From Candidatus Latescibacterota bacterium (GTDB lineage Bacteria; Latescibacterota; UBA2968; UBA8231): a stretch of 64,000 bases of DNA. The position numbers and the translations under genes are program-made. A model generated the notes under the pieces. It had not been told where the DNA came from. It did not search any database and worked only from the letters and a program-made list of their open reading frames with translations. The stretch covers positions 64,001 to 128,000 of the forward strand of contig OZ242005.1 of the NCBI GenBank assembly GCA_965204725.1, written 5' to 3'. Positions 1 to 11,455 of the stretch are shown piece after piece (position 1 is the first letter of the stretch; the number at the start of each line of letters is the position of its first letter).

Positions 1-762
1 AACCTGCAAAAGCTGTTCCTGTACGACAACGCGATTACAGATGTAAGTCCGTTGGCCAGCCTAACCAATCTGCGCGATCTGTATCTGTACGACAACGCGA
101 TTACAGATGTAAGTCCGTTGGCTAGCCTAACCAATCTGCGCGATCTGTATCTGTTCGAAAACGCGATTACAGATGTAAGTCCGTTGGCCAGCCTAACCAA
201 TCTGCGAGGGCTGTTTCTGTACGACAACGCGATTACAGATGTAAGTCCGTTGGCTAGCCTAACCAACCTGCGAGGGCTCGGGCTGAACAACAATGCGATT
301 ACGGATGTGCAGCCGTTGGCTAGCCTGACCAACTTGCAAGTGCTGCAAGGGGACAACGCGATTACGGATGTGCAGCCGTTGGCTGGCCTAACCAACCTGA
401 TAGTGCTGTCGCTGGGCGACAACGCGATTACGGATGTGCAGCCGTTGGCTAGCCTAACCAACTTGGAAACGCTATGGCTGAACAACAACGCGATTACGGA
501 TGTGCAGCCGTTGGCTAGCCTAACCAACTTGGAAACGCTATGGCTGAACAACAACGCGATTACGGATGTGCAGCCGTTGGCTAGCCTAACAACCAACTTG
601 GGATGGCTATATCTGAGGAACAACGAAATTACGGATGTGAGTCCGTTGGTGGGCCTGACCAACCTGACCCACCTGTCGCTGGAAAACAATCCCCTCAGCG
701 CAGCATCAACCGGCACACACATCCCCGCCATGCAGGCAAACGGCGTCTCGGTAAGCTATTGA
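1..762 (+). CDS. Internalin-like leucine-rich repeat protein (5' end outside window)
   Basis: Frame open from base 1; 22-aa repeats LxxLxLxxNxITDVxPLAxLTN; C-terminal cap NNPLSAAS..THIPAMQANGVSVSY. Confidence 0.92.
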   Translation, partial: NLQKLFLYDNAITDVSPLASLTNLRDLYLYDNAITDVSPLASLTNLRDLYLFENAITDVSPLASLTNLRGLFLYDNAITDVSPLASLTNLRGLGLNNNAITDVQPLASLTNLQVLQGDNAITDVQPLAGLTNLIVLSLGDNAITDVQPLASLTNLETLWLNNNAITDVQPLASLTNLETLWLNNNAITDVQPLASLTTNLGWLYLRNNEITDVSPLVGLTNLTHLSLENNPLSAASTGTHIPAMQANGVSVSY

Positions 763-856
763 GGACATCAAGGCGATTCGCAAAGTTTTTAGTAGCCCTC
801 TGAAGTCTTTATCCGAGTTCTCATTTCCCCTAACCGCCGTAAAAAGGAGCAAAAAA

Positions 857-2449
857 ATGCCGTCGTTGAAACGAATAAAAATCAAGTCCGTGTTCATCCT
901 CTTAGGCGTCGTTGGTGCTTGGATTGGCTGCTCCGACGCCCCGCCGGTCGCCCCTCGTCCTGCGGGCAAAGCCACCTGTGCCTTGTGCGATTTCTTGGGC
1001 GACGAGAAATACACCGCAGCCGACGGGCAGGGGCCCACCGAAAGCCCCGACAGCACCCAGACCGAAGCCGAGGCCGCGACCGAAGCCGAAACCGATAGCA
1101 CCCAATCGGCCACCGTTTCGTTCGACGACGCCAATCTAGAGCGTGCGGTGCGGGAAGCACTGGACCGCCCGCAAGGAACCCTTACCACGGCGGATCTGGA
1201 TTCCCTGACCGTGCTCGACGCGAGCGATAGAGACATTCAGAGCTTGGCCGGTCTCGAACACGCAACGGCGTTGCGAGAGCTATATCTGCGGCGCAACGAA
1301 ATTACGGATGTCCAGCCGCTGGCCAGCCTGACCAACCTGCAATCGCTGTCGCTATGGGGCAATGAGATTGCGGATGTCCAGCCGTTGGCTAGCCTGACCA
1401 ATTTGCGAAAGCTGTCGCTATGGGGTAACGAGATTGCGGATGTCCAGCCGCTAGCCAGCCTAACGAACCTCCAATGGCTTCAGCTAGGGGACAACGAGAT
1501 CGCGGATGTAAGTCCGTTGGCCAGCCTAACGAACCTCTACTGGCTGGGCGTGGTGGACAACGCCCTCAGCGAACACGCCGTCAACGAACAGCTCTCCGAC
1601 TTGATGGAAGGGGGCATCCGCGTCCAAACGGAAGCGGAAACGGGAATGGCCGCCAGTTTGTTCGCCGACGCCAATCTAGAGCATGAAGTGCGGGTGGCAC
1701 TGGATCGCCCGCAAGGGACTCTTTACCCGGCAGATCTGGCTTCTCTGACCCAGCTCGACGCACGTAATAGAAACATTCGGAGCTTGGCCGGCCTCCAACA
1801 CGCTACGGCTCTGCAACGCCTGTGGCTGGCGGGTAACACGATTAAGAATGTGAGTCCGTTGGCAAGCCTGACCAACCTAGGGTTGCTACAGATAGAGGAA
1901 AACGCGATTGCGGACGTGAGTCCGTTGGCAGACCTAACCAGCTTATATTGGCTGTCGCTGTGGGACAACGCGATTACGGACATCAAGCCGTTGGCAAACC
2001 TGACCAACTTGAACTTGCTAGAGATAGGGGACAACGCGATTGCGGACGTAAGTCCATTGGCAGGCCTAACCAACTTGGATGGACTGGCTCTGAATCACAA
2101 CGCGATTACGGATGTGAGTCCGCTCGCCAGCCTGATCAACTTGGTATCGCTGCAGCTACAGTCCAACAAGATTACAGATGTGAGTCCATTGACCAACATG
2201 ACCGACCTGCGCGATCTGTATCTATCGGGCAACAAGATTACAGATGTGAGTCCATTGACCAGCATGACCAACTTGGGGACGCTGTCGCTGTCCTACAACG
2301 AAATTACGGATGTGAGTCCGTTGGTGAGCCTGACCAACTTGAGGACGCTACAGCTATACAACAATCCCCTCAGCGCAGCATCAATCAGCACACACATCCC
2401 CGCCATGCAAGCAAACGACGTCACGGTAAACTATGGGAATATTCCTTAG
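857..2449 (+). CDS. Internalin-like LRR lipoprotein with two LRR blocks
   Basis: AGGAG RBS; lipobox-like WIGC; two FxDANLExxVRxAL N-caps each followed by 22-aa LRRs; same C-cap as upstream paralog. Confidence 0.92.
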   Translation: MPSLKRIKIKSVFILLGVVGAWIGCSDAPPVAPRPAGKATCALCDFLGDEKYTAADGQGPTESPDSTQTEAEAATEAETDSTQSATVSFDDANLERAVREALDRPQGTLTTADLDSLTVLDASDRDIQSLAGLEHATALRELYLRRNEITDVQPLASLTNLQSLSLWGNEIADVQPLASLTNLRKLSLWGNEIADVQPLASLTNLQWLQLGDNEIADVSPLASLTNLYWLGVVDNALSEHAVNEQLSDLMEGGIRVQTEAETGMAASLFADANLEHEVRVALDRPQGTLYPADLASLTQLDARNRNIRSLAGLQHATALQRLWLAGNTIKNVSPLASLTNLGLLQIEENAIADVSPLADLTSLYWLSLWDNAITDIKPLANLTNLNLLEIGDNAIADVSPLAGLTNLDGLALNHNAITDVSPLASLINLVSLQLQSNKITDVSPLTNMTDLRDLYLSGNKITDVSPLTSMTNLGTLSLSYNEITDVSPLVSLTNLRTLQLYNNPLSAASISTHIPAMQANDVTVNYGNIP

Positions 2450-2466
2450 CCGAACACGCCTTTGGC

Positions 2467-2505
2467 ATCATAGAACGGCAGCATCCGACTTGGTGGGATT
2501 TATAG
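2467..2505 (+). pseudogene. Possible C-terminal remnant of a GIY-YIG (UPF0213-like) nuclease
   Basis: IIERQHPTWWDL* resembles the LIE..NP.W.DL tail of small GIY-YIG proteins and directly precedes the REP-like palindrome type often found beside them. Confidence 0.4.
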
Positions 2506-2520
2506 GAAGACACGGTTTGA

Positions 2521-2575
2521 CTGGATTCCCGCCCCGTGTCGGGGCACGGGGTGACGTTCTTGCGCGAGAATGACG
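2521..2575. repeat. REP-like palindromic element (CTGGATTCCCGC...GAATGACG type)
   Basis: ctggattcccgccccgtgtcggggcacggggtgacgttcttgcgcgagaatgacg; internal hairpin ccccgtg/cacgggg. Confidence 0.6.
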
Positions 2576-2611
2576 AAAAAATGCGTCGCCCAGATCAATC
2601 AATTTCGCGTC

Positions 2612-2908
2612 TTTCACCCACGTCCTCCACCCCAGCCCGCAACAACTCAGCCACGCTCCACGCTTGAGCGATGCAGCCGCGCGGCGCAAAAGGCGGCTCG
2701 GCGTCAAATATCTCCGAAACCGTGCCCAAGCCCGCTTCGTGCAGGTGTTCAGCAAAGCCGTCGAGGAGGGCGCGGGCCACGCTGACGATCCGCCCGGCCA
2801 TGACAACGACAGAGGGCGGTGATGTACGGCCCGATCAGCCATGCCCACACCGTGCCTTGGTGATACGCGCCATCGCGCTCCCAAGGGCCGCCCGCATATC
2901 GGGCGCAG
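2612..2908 (-). pseudogene. Diverged duplicate of the 3' end of the glycogen debranching enzyme gene
   Basis: Aligns by eye to 4382-4677 with 8 substitutions and a 1-bp frameshift insertion. Confidence 0.93.
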
Positions 2909-3298
2909 CTACCGCGCCCCCGCGATCAATTGCTTCAGGTTACTCCACGTCCACTCATAAACCTTGTCTGAGCGGCGTGCCATGGCAGGTTTATGACATA
3001 CCTTCTTGGGGCGTCCCCACAGCAAAAAATATGGCTTCTGTTCTTCTTGAGTGATGGTTAGCTCAGCAGCCACACCCTTTGCATCATGGGTATGTTCGCC
3101 GCAAATGACGATGGTAAGGTCTGTCTCACATATACGCTCTCTCACCTTATCCTTCCATTTTTCGGCGAATGGTTCCTGCAAGGAATAATCTACAATCTCG
3201 AATGGCGAATCAGGATTTTTCGCTTGGCCCACCAAAGCATCTCGTAGCTCTGCATCGTGGTCGAAGTCGAAACTGATAAAGGCGCGTTTTGTGCTCAT
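2909..3298 (-). CDS. Stand-alone TIR domain protein (MTH538/DUF1863, Thoeris ThsB-like)
   Basis: [10 protein letters not shown] start, [17 protein letters not shown] with putative catalytic Glu, YEWTWSNL end; AGGAG RBS. Confidence 0.85.
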   Translation of the reverse strand: MSTKRAFISFDFDHDAELRDALVGQAKNPDSPFEIVDYSLQEPFAEKWKDKVRERICETDLTIVICGEHTHDAKGVAAELTITQEEQKPYFLLWGRPKKVCHKPAMARRSDKVYEWTWSNLKQLIAGAR

Positions 3299-3358
3299 TG
3301 TCTAGTCTCCTTATACACTGAGGTTGTAGTATCTGATTGATTACATTACTTCAGACAT

Positions 3359-4147
3359 TTAGCTAAGGCAAGATCGAACAGTTTCTTGAATCACATCAAT
3401 GGGAACTACCACTGCCAAACCCGAATTCTCTTGGAAAACCATTCTTCTTTGACCAGTTTGCTTGCTTATCGCAACATCTTCATAAGGGATGTATGAAGAA
3501 ACCATCCCGAGCAAAAGCGAGCTCATAATGGACTGTGTATTAGTGATACGAATTTGTTCTGGTTTGGTTACTACTGGTCCTCCACTGTTCCCCGGAAATA
3601 TAAAAGAATCAATCAGTATATTTGGGTTTCCCTGAAACCAATCTTGAATACGCGCTATAGTACCGTGACGAACGATTGTGTAATTTCGTTCCTCCCCAGC
3701 CAAACCCATTGGAAAGCCGAGGACAAAAACCCCATCGCCTTCACTGATTCGTTGGCTTGCTTCTTCCCGTAAAATTGCATCTTCATTTCCTCGAAAAACT
3801 TCAACCTCAATCCCATATTGCTCTAATATTTCTATAGGGATAGGTATAACTGCTACATCAGCATCTCTGGGGTGTGTAGTCCACCGTGCTGAGCCATCCT
3901 CTGCCTTTGATTCTATAGAGAATATCTGTGAAGGACTATTTAGGGGGCGATTAAAGCGAGCTACTATGACATCAGAACCTTCAACTACGTGGCGGTTTGT
4001 TACTAAGAAAACTTTGAAATTCTGCTCGCTATCGTTTAGCTCTTTTCTCAACAGGAAGCCTGTTGCTATATACTCAACCTCATTTTCTTCTATTGGGATT
4101 CCTAAAGCAACAACTGCGTTTAGATATTTGGGTGGGATGAGTGCCAT
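3359..4147 (-). CDS. Cytoplasmic trypsin-like (PA clan) serine protease
   Basis: ATGF, VTNRHV (His), DVAV (Asp), GFP, PGNSGGPV (Ser); no signal peptide; AT-richer than flanks. Confidence 0.88.
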   Translation of the reverse strand: MALIPPKYLNAVVALGIPIEENEVEYIATGFLLRKELNDSEQNFKVFLVTNRHVVEGSDVIVARFNRPLNSPSQIFSIESKAEDGSARWTTHPRDADVAVIPIPIEILEQYGIEVEVFRGNEDAILREEASQRISEGDGVFVLGFPMGLAGEERNYTIVRHGTIARIQDWFQGNPNILIDSFIFPGNSGGPVVTKPEQIRITNTQSIMSSLLLGMVSSYIPYEDVAISKQTGQRRMVFQENSGLAVVVPIDVIQETVRSCLS

Positions 4148-4364
4148 AGCGATTCCCCTGAATTTATCTGAAAACCTTCATGCCATAGCTTATTGATGAG
4201 TACGCCTAGCGAACAATATACCACCGCTAGGACCGCCACGCAATGGCATCTAATCGAATCGTTGCGGCCGCCGCTCACCTAGCAGCCGGGCGGTCCGAGA
4301 TCAACGATCTGCATGCGACCAGTCAAGCCCTTTATCAGATATAGGCCGATGCAGATACACAACG

Positions 4365-6314
4365 TTAGTTCCTAATTCCCTTTTCACCCACGTCCTCCAC
4401 CCCAGCCCGCAACAACTCAGCCACGCTCCACGCCTGAGCGATGCAGCCACGCGGCGCAAAAGGCGGCTCGGCGTCAAATATCTCCGAAACCGTGCCCAAG
4501 CCCGCTTCGTGCAGATGCTCAGCAAAGCCGTCGAGGAGGGCGCGGCCACGCTGGCGGCCCGCCCGGCCATGACAACGACAGAGGGCGGTGATGTACGGCC
4601 CGATCAGCCATGCCCACACCGTACCTTGGTGATACGCGCCATCGCGCTCCCAAGGGCCGCCCGCATATCGGGCGCAGTACGCCGGGTCGCTCGGCGAGAG
4701 GCTGCGGAGGCCGCGCGGGGTCAGCAAGTGTTGGTCGATCACGGATAAGACCCGCCGCGCCCGCTCGCCCTCGACGAGCGGAAAGGGCAGCGAGAGCGCG
4801 AACACTTGGTTCGGGCGGATCGCCCAGTCCGGCCCCTCGGGCGCGACCACGTCGCAGAGATACCCCCGGTCTTCGCACCAAAAGAGACGCTCAAAGGAAG
4901 CCCGCACCTCGGCCGCACGTTGCCCGTAATCGGCGCGGTGCCCAAACCTCTCGGCCAAGTGCTGCAAAATTCTGAGCGCATTGTACCAGAGGGCATTGAC
5001 CTCCACCGGCTTGCCCATGCGCGGCGTGACCACCCAATCGCCGACCTTGGCGTCCATCCACGTCAGTTGCACCCCCGGCTCGCCAGCCGCGAGCAGGCCA
5101 TCGGCATCCACCCGAATCCGATGGCGCGTACCGCGCACATGCCAAGCGGCTATGTCCGCTAGCGTGGGCCACAGCGTGCGGGCAAACTCGTAGTCTTGGG
5201 TGTATTGCAAATACTTGTAGAGCGCGACAAAAAACCACAACGTCGCGTCCACCGAGTGGTATTCAGGAATCGCCCCCGCGTCGGGAAAGCGGTTGGGGAT
5301 CATGCCCTCGCTGACGTGCGCGGCAAACGCCGCAAAAATGCCCCGCGCCTCGGCAAAGCGGCCGGTGACCAAGCAGAGGCCGGGCAGGGCAATCATGGTG
5401 TCGCGGCCCCAATCCGTAAACCAGTGATAGCCCGCGATAAGGGTGTGCAGGCCGTCTCCGCGCCGCACCAGAAACGAATGGGCCGCCCGCGCCAGCGACC
5501 CCAGCACCGGGTCGGCGGCCCAAGAAGCGCACACCTCCACCTGCTGACGACGACCGATCTCGCCAGCGAGCAGCGCGAGGGGATCGCGGCCAGCGGGCGG
5601 CTCAGTGGTCGCGAGTACGCCAACGATGGCCCCCGGGGCGAGCCGCAGGCGCAAGCGACCGGGCGTGAACAGATCCTCGCTGTGGTCGAGGCCGCGCTCT
5701 TCCTCACGCGGATATTGGAAGTTGTAGTACCAGTCTGGAGCGGCCTCCCAACACGCGCCTGGGGCGAGCAGGTGGGCGGTGGGTTGCTCTCGATAAGGGC
5801 GGTAGGCCAGCGCGTCCGCAGCCCAATCGGCCCCTAGAGCCACGTGCTCGTTGGCCTGCATCAAGTGGTGATAGTCCCGGCCGGCGAAAAAGGGGCGCAA
5901 TTCCAAACAAAGCGGGGCCGGCGCATTCACCAGCTCGTACGCGACGACCACGGCGTCCTCGCCCGCGAGCAAAGCCAGCCGCTTGCGCAACACCCACCCG
6001 TCGCCCGCGTACGTCCACGTCGGCACCGGCTCGGGCGCAAAGGCCGTCAGCCATTGGTCGCCCTGGGGGTGCATGACCCCGGGGAACATGCTGCAACTCA
6101 GCTCAACGCGGGCTTCGGGCAGGACCAAGGTCTCGTCGAGCCGCGAGAGCAGCACCACCCGGCCAACCGGCGGGCAGGTCGCCACCACCAGCAGACCGTG
6201 GTAGCGCCGGGTGTGTGCGCCGCTAACCGTGGAGGAGGCCCAGCCGCCCAAGCCATTGGTCTCCAGCCACTCGCTGTCCTGCGGCGGTCCGCGGTATCGA
6301 CGGTCCTTTGTCAT
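4365..6314 (-). CDS. Amylo-alpha-1,6-glucosidase / glycogen debranching enzyme
   Basis: [58 protein letters not shown]. Confidence 0.93.
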   Translation of the reverse strand: MTKDRRYRGPPQDSEWLETNGLGGWASSTVSGAHTRRYHGLLVVATCPPVGRVVLLSRLDETLVLPEARVELSCSMFPGVMHPQGDQWLTAFAPEPVPTWTYAGDGWVLRKRLALLAGEDAVVVAYELVNAPAPLCLELRPFFAGRDYHHLMQANEHVALGADWAADALAYRPYREQPTAHLLAPGACWEAAPDWYYNFQYPREEERGLDHSEDLFTPGRLRLRLAPGAIVGVLATTEPPAGRDPLALLAGEIGRRQQVEVCASWAADPVLGSLARAAHSFLVRRGDGLHTLIAGYHWFTDWGRDTMIALPGLCLVTGRFAEARGIFAAFAAHVSEGMIPNRFPDAGAIPEYHSVDATLWFFVALYKYLQYTQDYEFARTLWPTLADIAAWHVRGTRHRIRVDADGLLAAGEPGVQLTWMDAKVGDWVVTPRMGKPVEVNALWYNALRILQHLAERFGHRADYGQRAAEVRASFERLFWCEDRGYLCDVVAPEGPDWAIRPNQVFALSLPFPLVEGERARRVLSVIDQHLLTPRGLRSLSPSDPAYCARYAGGPWERDGAYHQGTVWAWLIGPYITALCRCHGRAGRQRGRALLDGFAEHLHEAGLGTVSEIFDAEPPFAPRGCIAQAWSVAELLRAGVEDVGEKGIRN

Positions 6315-6362
6315 CCAACCCTAAGTACTGAGTCACCTTTTCAGGTGTTGCCGCTGCGTCCG

Positions 6363-6408
6363 GGATCGAGGGCGTCCCGCCCTCGCGAGGGCAAGATGCC
6401 CTCGATCC
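6363..6408. repeat. Intergenic palindrome (REP-like)
   Basis: ggatcgagggc...gccctcgatcc outer arms with inner palindrome gccctcgcgagggc. Confidence 0.6.
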
Positions 6409-6432
6409 GGTCCGCGGTATCGGCGGAGCGGG

Positions 6433-8388
<1,956 letters not shown>

Positions 8389-8452
8389 GCGAGCTAACTC
8401 CTCATTAGGGGTGGAAATGGTCGTGCGTAGCGCAAACTAATAAGGCAGCCGC

Positions 8453-9391
8453 CTATTCGCCAAACCCCTCTATCACGTAAATCTCATCGTTGCCGTCGCG
8501 GTCAGAGCTAAAGGCGATGGAAAGACCATCCGGCGACCACGAAGGCGATCCGTCGGAGCCACTGTGGTACGTCAGGCGGCGCACGTTATCACCATTGGCA
8601 TCCATCACGTAAATATCATAGTCGCCGTCGCGATTGGAGTCGAAGGCGATGAAACGACCGTCGGGCGACCACTCAGGAGACCCGTCAATGCTACCGTCGT
8701 TGGTCAGGTTGCGCCGGTTGTCCCCATTGGCATCCATCACGTGAATCTCATGGTTGCCCGTGCCCCTAGAGTCGAAGGCGATAGAAAGACCATCCGGCGA
8801 CCATGCAGGCCCCAAATCATTGCCATAGTCGCCGCTCACTTTTTGCAGATTGCCCCCCGACAAATCCATCGTGTAAATTTTCCTAGCACCAATGACGCGG
8901 AGAGAGGTGAAAGCGATGGAAAGACCATCCGGCGACCACGCGGGAAACCAGTCGCTGCCACTGCTGTCGGTCAGGCGGCGCACATTATCTCCATTGGCAT
9001 CCATCACGTAAACCTCATAGTCGCCCTCATGGCGGTCGGAGTAGAAGGCGATGGAAAGACCATCCGGCGACCACGAAGGCTGCCCGTCCTTGCTATCGTC
9101 ATTGGTTAAGTTTCGCACGTTATCACCATTCGCATCCATCACGTAAATCTCCGTGTTGCCATCGCGATTGGAAGTGAAGGCGATAGAGCGACCATCGGGC
9201 GACCACGAAGGATCCCAGTCGCCGCCACTGGCGTCGGTCAAGCGGCGGATCTCATACCCGGCCTCATTGCTGATGCCAACGGGCGACGGCTCGGAATCAT
9301 CGCAGCCGCTGACCGCCAGTACGCAAAACGCTGAGACGGATTTCAGCACCGTCCACATCCGGCCCGAAAATACACGCTGTTCCTCGTTCAT
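8453..9391 (-). CDS. TolB-like PD40 beta-propeller lipoprotein
   Basis: Lipobox VSGC; six PxWSPDGxxIAF...EIYVMDANG repeats. Confidence 0.88.
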   Translation of the reverse strand: MNEEQRVFSGRMWTVLKSVSAFCVLAVSGCDDSEPSPVGISNEAGYEIRRLTDASGGDWDPSWSPDGRSIAFTSNRDGNTEIYVMDANGDNVRNLTNDDSKDGQPSWSPDGLSIAFYSDRHEGDYEVYVMDANGDNVRRLTDSSGSDWFPAWSPDGLSIAFTSLRVIGARKIYTMDLSGGNLQKVSGDYGNDLGPAWSPDGLSIAFDSRGTGNHEIHVMDANGDNRRNLTNDGSIDGSPEWSPDGRFIAFDSNRDGDYDIYVMDANGDNVRRLTYHSGSDGSPSWSPDGLSIAFSSDRDGNDEIYVIEGFGE

Positions 9392-9442
9392 CGTTTCCTC
9401 TCCTTCTGCGGTTATACCGCCTTATGTTGTATGGTACACGGA

Positions 9443-9498
9443 GCGGGAATCCACGCTGCAACCCCGCCCACTGGACGCCCGCTTACGCGGGCGTGACG
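9443..9498. repeat. Degenerate REP-like element
   Basis: gcgggaatcca ... ctggacgcccgcttacgcgggcgtgacg; similar to 2521-2575. Confidence 0.45.
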
Positions 9499-9564
9499 GC
9501 TATGAACTGGCAAGTGCTATGTGTCGTATGCCACAAGAGGACGCCCCTCGCACGGACGTGACTG

Positions 9565-10350
9565 CTACTTACCACCAGCCACCGGCGGCAAGGGCCACTC
9601 GTCTCCAGCCATGAAGCCGCCATCGACGTAAATGCACTGCCCGGTGACGTAATCCGAAGCGGGCGCGGCCAAGAAGACGGCCGTGCCGACCAAGTCTTCG
9701 GGCGTCCCCAAGCGATTGAGCGCGACCCGCCCTTCGCCCCAAGCGCGCATCGTGTCGTCGGCCCACATCTTCTCGGTGAGCGAGGTGAGCACAAAGCCCG
9801 GGCAGATGGCGTTTACTTGGATGTTGTGCGACCCGAACTCAATAGCCTGCCCCTTGGTGAGTTGGCCGACGGCCCCCTTAGTCGCGGTGTACACCGACAC
9901 TTTGGCAAGAGCGTAGCCCGTGGTCAGCGAGCCGATGTTGATGATCTTGCCGCCTTGGCCGCGCTCGATCATCTCGCGGCCGACCTTTTGGCTGAGGAAG
10001 TACAAGCCCTTGAGATTGACGGCCATGATCTGGTCGTAGTTTTCCTCCGAGACCTCGACGATGGGCTGGCGGATGTTCATGCCGGCGTTGTTGAACAGGA
10101 TGTCTATGGGGCCGCATTGCGCCAAGGCCGCGTCCATGCCCGCCAGATCGGCCATGTCCAATTCGACCGCACGGGCCTTGCCGCCAGCGGCCTCAATGGC
10201 GGCGACGGCTTCGTCGAGTTGACTGCGGGTGCGGGCGGCGCAGACGACCGTGGCACCGGCCGCCGCCATGCCCGCCGCCACGCCGCGACCAATGCCGCGA
10301 CTAGCGCCGGTGACGAGGGCAACTTTTCCCGCTAGCGAAAATAGATTCAC
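9565..10350 (-). CDS. SDR oxidoreductase (gluconate 5-dehydrogenase/KduD-like)
   Basis: TGASRGIG, NNAG, YTATK, DYVTGQCIYVDGG. Confidence 0.9.
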   Translation of the reverse strand: MNLFSLAGKVALVTGASRGIGRGVAAGMAAAGATVVCAARTRSQLDEAVAAIEAAGGKARAVELDMADLAGMDAALAQCGPIDILFNNAGMNIRQPIVEVSEENYDQIMAVNLKGLYFLSQKVGREMIERGQGGKIINIGSLTTGYALAKVSVYTATKGAVGQLTKGQAIEFGSHNIQVNAICPGFVLTSLTEKMWADDTMRAWGEGRVALNRLGTPEDLVGTAVFLAAPASDYVTGQCIYVDGGFMAGDEWPLPPVAGGK

Positions 10351-10417
10351 AATACACTCCTTCGTTGTGGTTGAGTTGGTTTAATGATAATCGGGGCTGG
10401 CGTTCCAGCAAGGCTTT

Positions 10418-11356
10418 TTACGTGGGTACGGAAGTGATTAGGTACTCCAATTTTTCGCTCCCCAGCGGCGCGACCTCGCAAGCGCGACCGGCCGGCACCA
10501 GCGCGGTCGCGCCCGTGCCCAAGCTGCACTCGCCCACGCGCGCCCGGCCGCGGACGACCGTCAGCGCCAAAAACGACTCTCCAGCCCGATGCTCGGCCCG
10601 GCCCCGGTCTAAGCCGCAGCCGCGCAGCACAAAGTGCTCGGATTCTACCAGCACTTGGCCCTCCAGCACGGGATACGGCACCGGCTTGGGCCGGCGTTGG
10701 GCAAAGTCAATGACCTCAAGGGCCTGCTCCCAGTGCAGGGCGCGCGGCCGGCCGTAGTCGTAAATGCGGAAGGTCAGGTCGCTCGCTTGCTGGACCTCGT
10801 ACAGGACAACCCCCCGGCACAGGGCGTGTACCGTGCCCGGCGGCAAAAAGAGCACATCCCCTTGCGCGACCGGGTAAAAGCGTACGACCTCGGCGACGCG
10901 GTCGGCGGCGTGTGCGGCGACAAACTCCGCGCGGCCCACGCCCTCGGCCAGCCCGCAAGCCACGCGGCCGCCGTCTGATTGCAGCACGTACCAAGCCTCC
11001 ATCTTGCCGCTGTCGGCCAATCCATGGCGTCGGGCGTACTCGTCGCTGGGATGCACTTGGATCGAGAGGTCTTGTTGAGCGTCGAGGAGCTTGACCAACA
11101 GGGGGAAGCACCCACCGTAGCGCACCCACACGGCCGCCCCGACCAAATCGGCGCGGTGCGTTTCCAGCAACGCGCCCAGCGAGCGACCATCCGCCGCCCG
11201 ACTCTCGCGGCCTTCGTACGCCGATAGCTCAAAGGACTCGCCAATGAGCGCGTCGTCTGGCAGGGCCTTGCCGTACAGCGCGGCTAAGCGGCGTCCACCC
11301 CACACCATCTCGCGGTAGTAGGGCGTCAAGGGAATGACATCGGGCAATGTATTCAT
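10418..11356 (-). CDS. manA: Mannose-6-phosphate isomerase type I (cupin)
   Basis: VWGG, FPLLVKLLDA, LSIQVHP, GKMEAWY, GTVHA, EVQQASDLTFRIYDY. Confidence 0.9.
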   Translation of the reverse strand: MNTLPDVIPLTPYYREMVWGGRRLAALYGKALPDDALIGESFELSAYEGRESRAADGRSLGALLETHRADLVGAAVWVRYGGCFPLLVKLLDAQQDLSIQVHPSDEYARRHGLADSGKMEAWYVLQSDGGRVACGLAEGVGRAEFVAAHAADRVAEVVRFYPVAQGDVLFLPPGTVHALCRGVVLYEVQQASDLTFRIYDYGRPRALHWEQALEVIDFAQRRPKPVPYPVLEGQVLVESEHFVLRGCGLDRGRAEHRAGESFLALTVVRGRARVGECSLGTGATALVPAGRACEVAPLGSEKLEYLITSVPT

Positions 11357-11455
11357 CGGCGATAGCTCGCCCCTAAAGTTATAGGACGACGAGGGCGAGA
11401 CAATACCGAGGCGAGATGCCGTTTTTAACCGGCTCGCAGTGACGCGCTCCCTAGC

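Noticed and set aside
1-700. Regularly spaced repeats with variable inserts resembling a CRISPR array
   Set aside because: The 66-bp period is in frame and encodes LRRs; no cas genes are present
4301-4570. 89-aa ORF overlapping the debranching enzyme end
   Set aside because: Mostly an alternate frame of the duplicated segment; the unique tail is too short to assign
2612-4677. Duplicate pair as DGR template/variable repeat
   Set aside because: Differences are mixed transitions, mostly silent and not adenine-specific; no reverse transcriptase in the window
9405-9432. dif-like site (ttatgtt arm); similar at about 49114
   Set aside because: XerC arm and rest of the XerD arm match poorly
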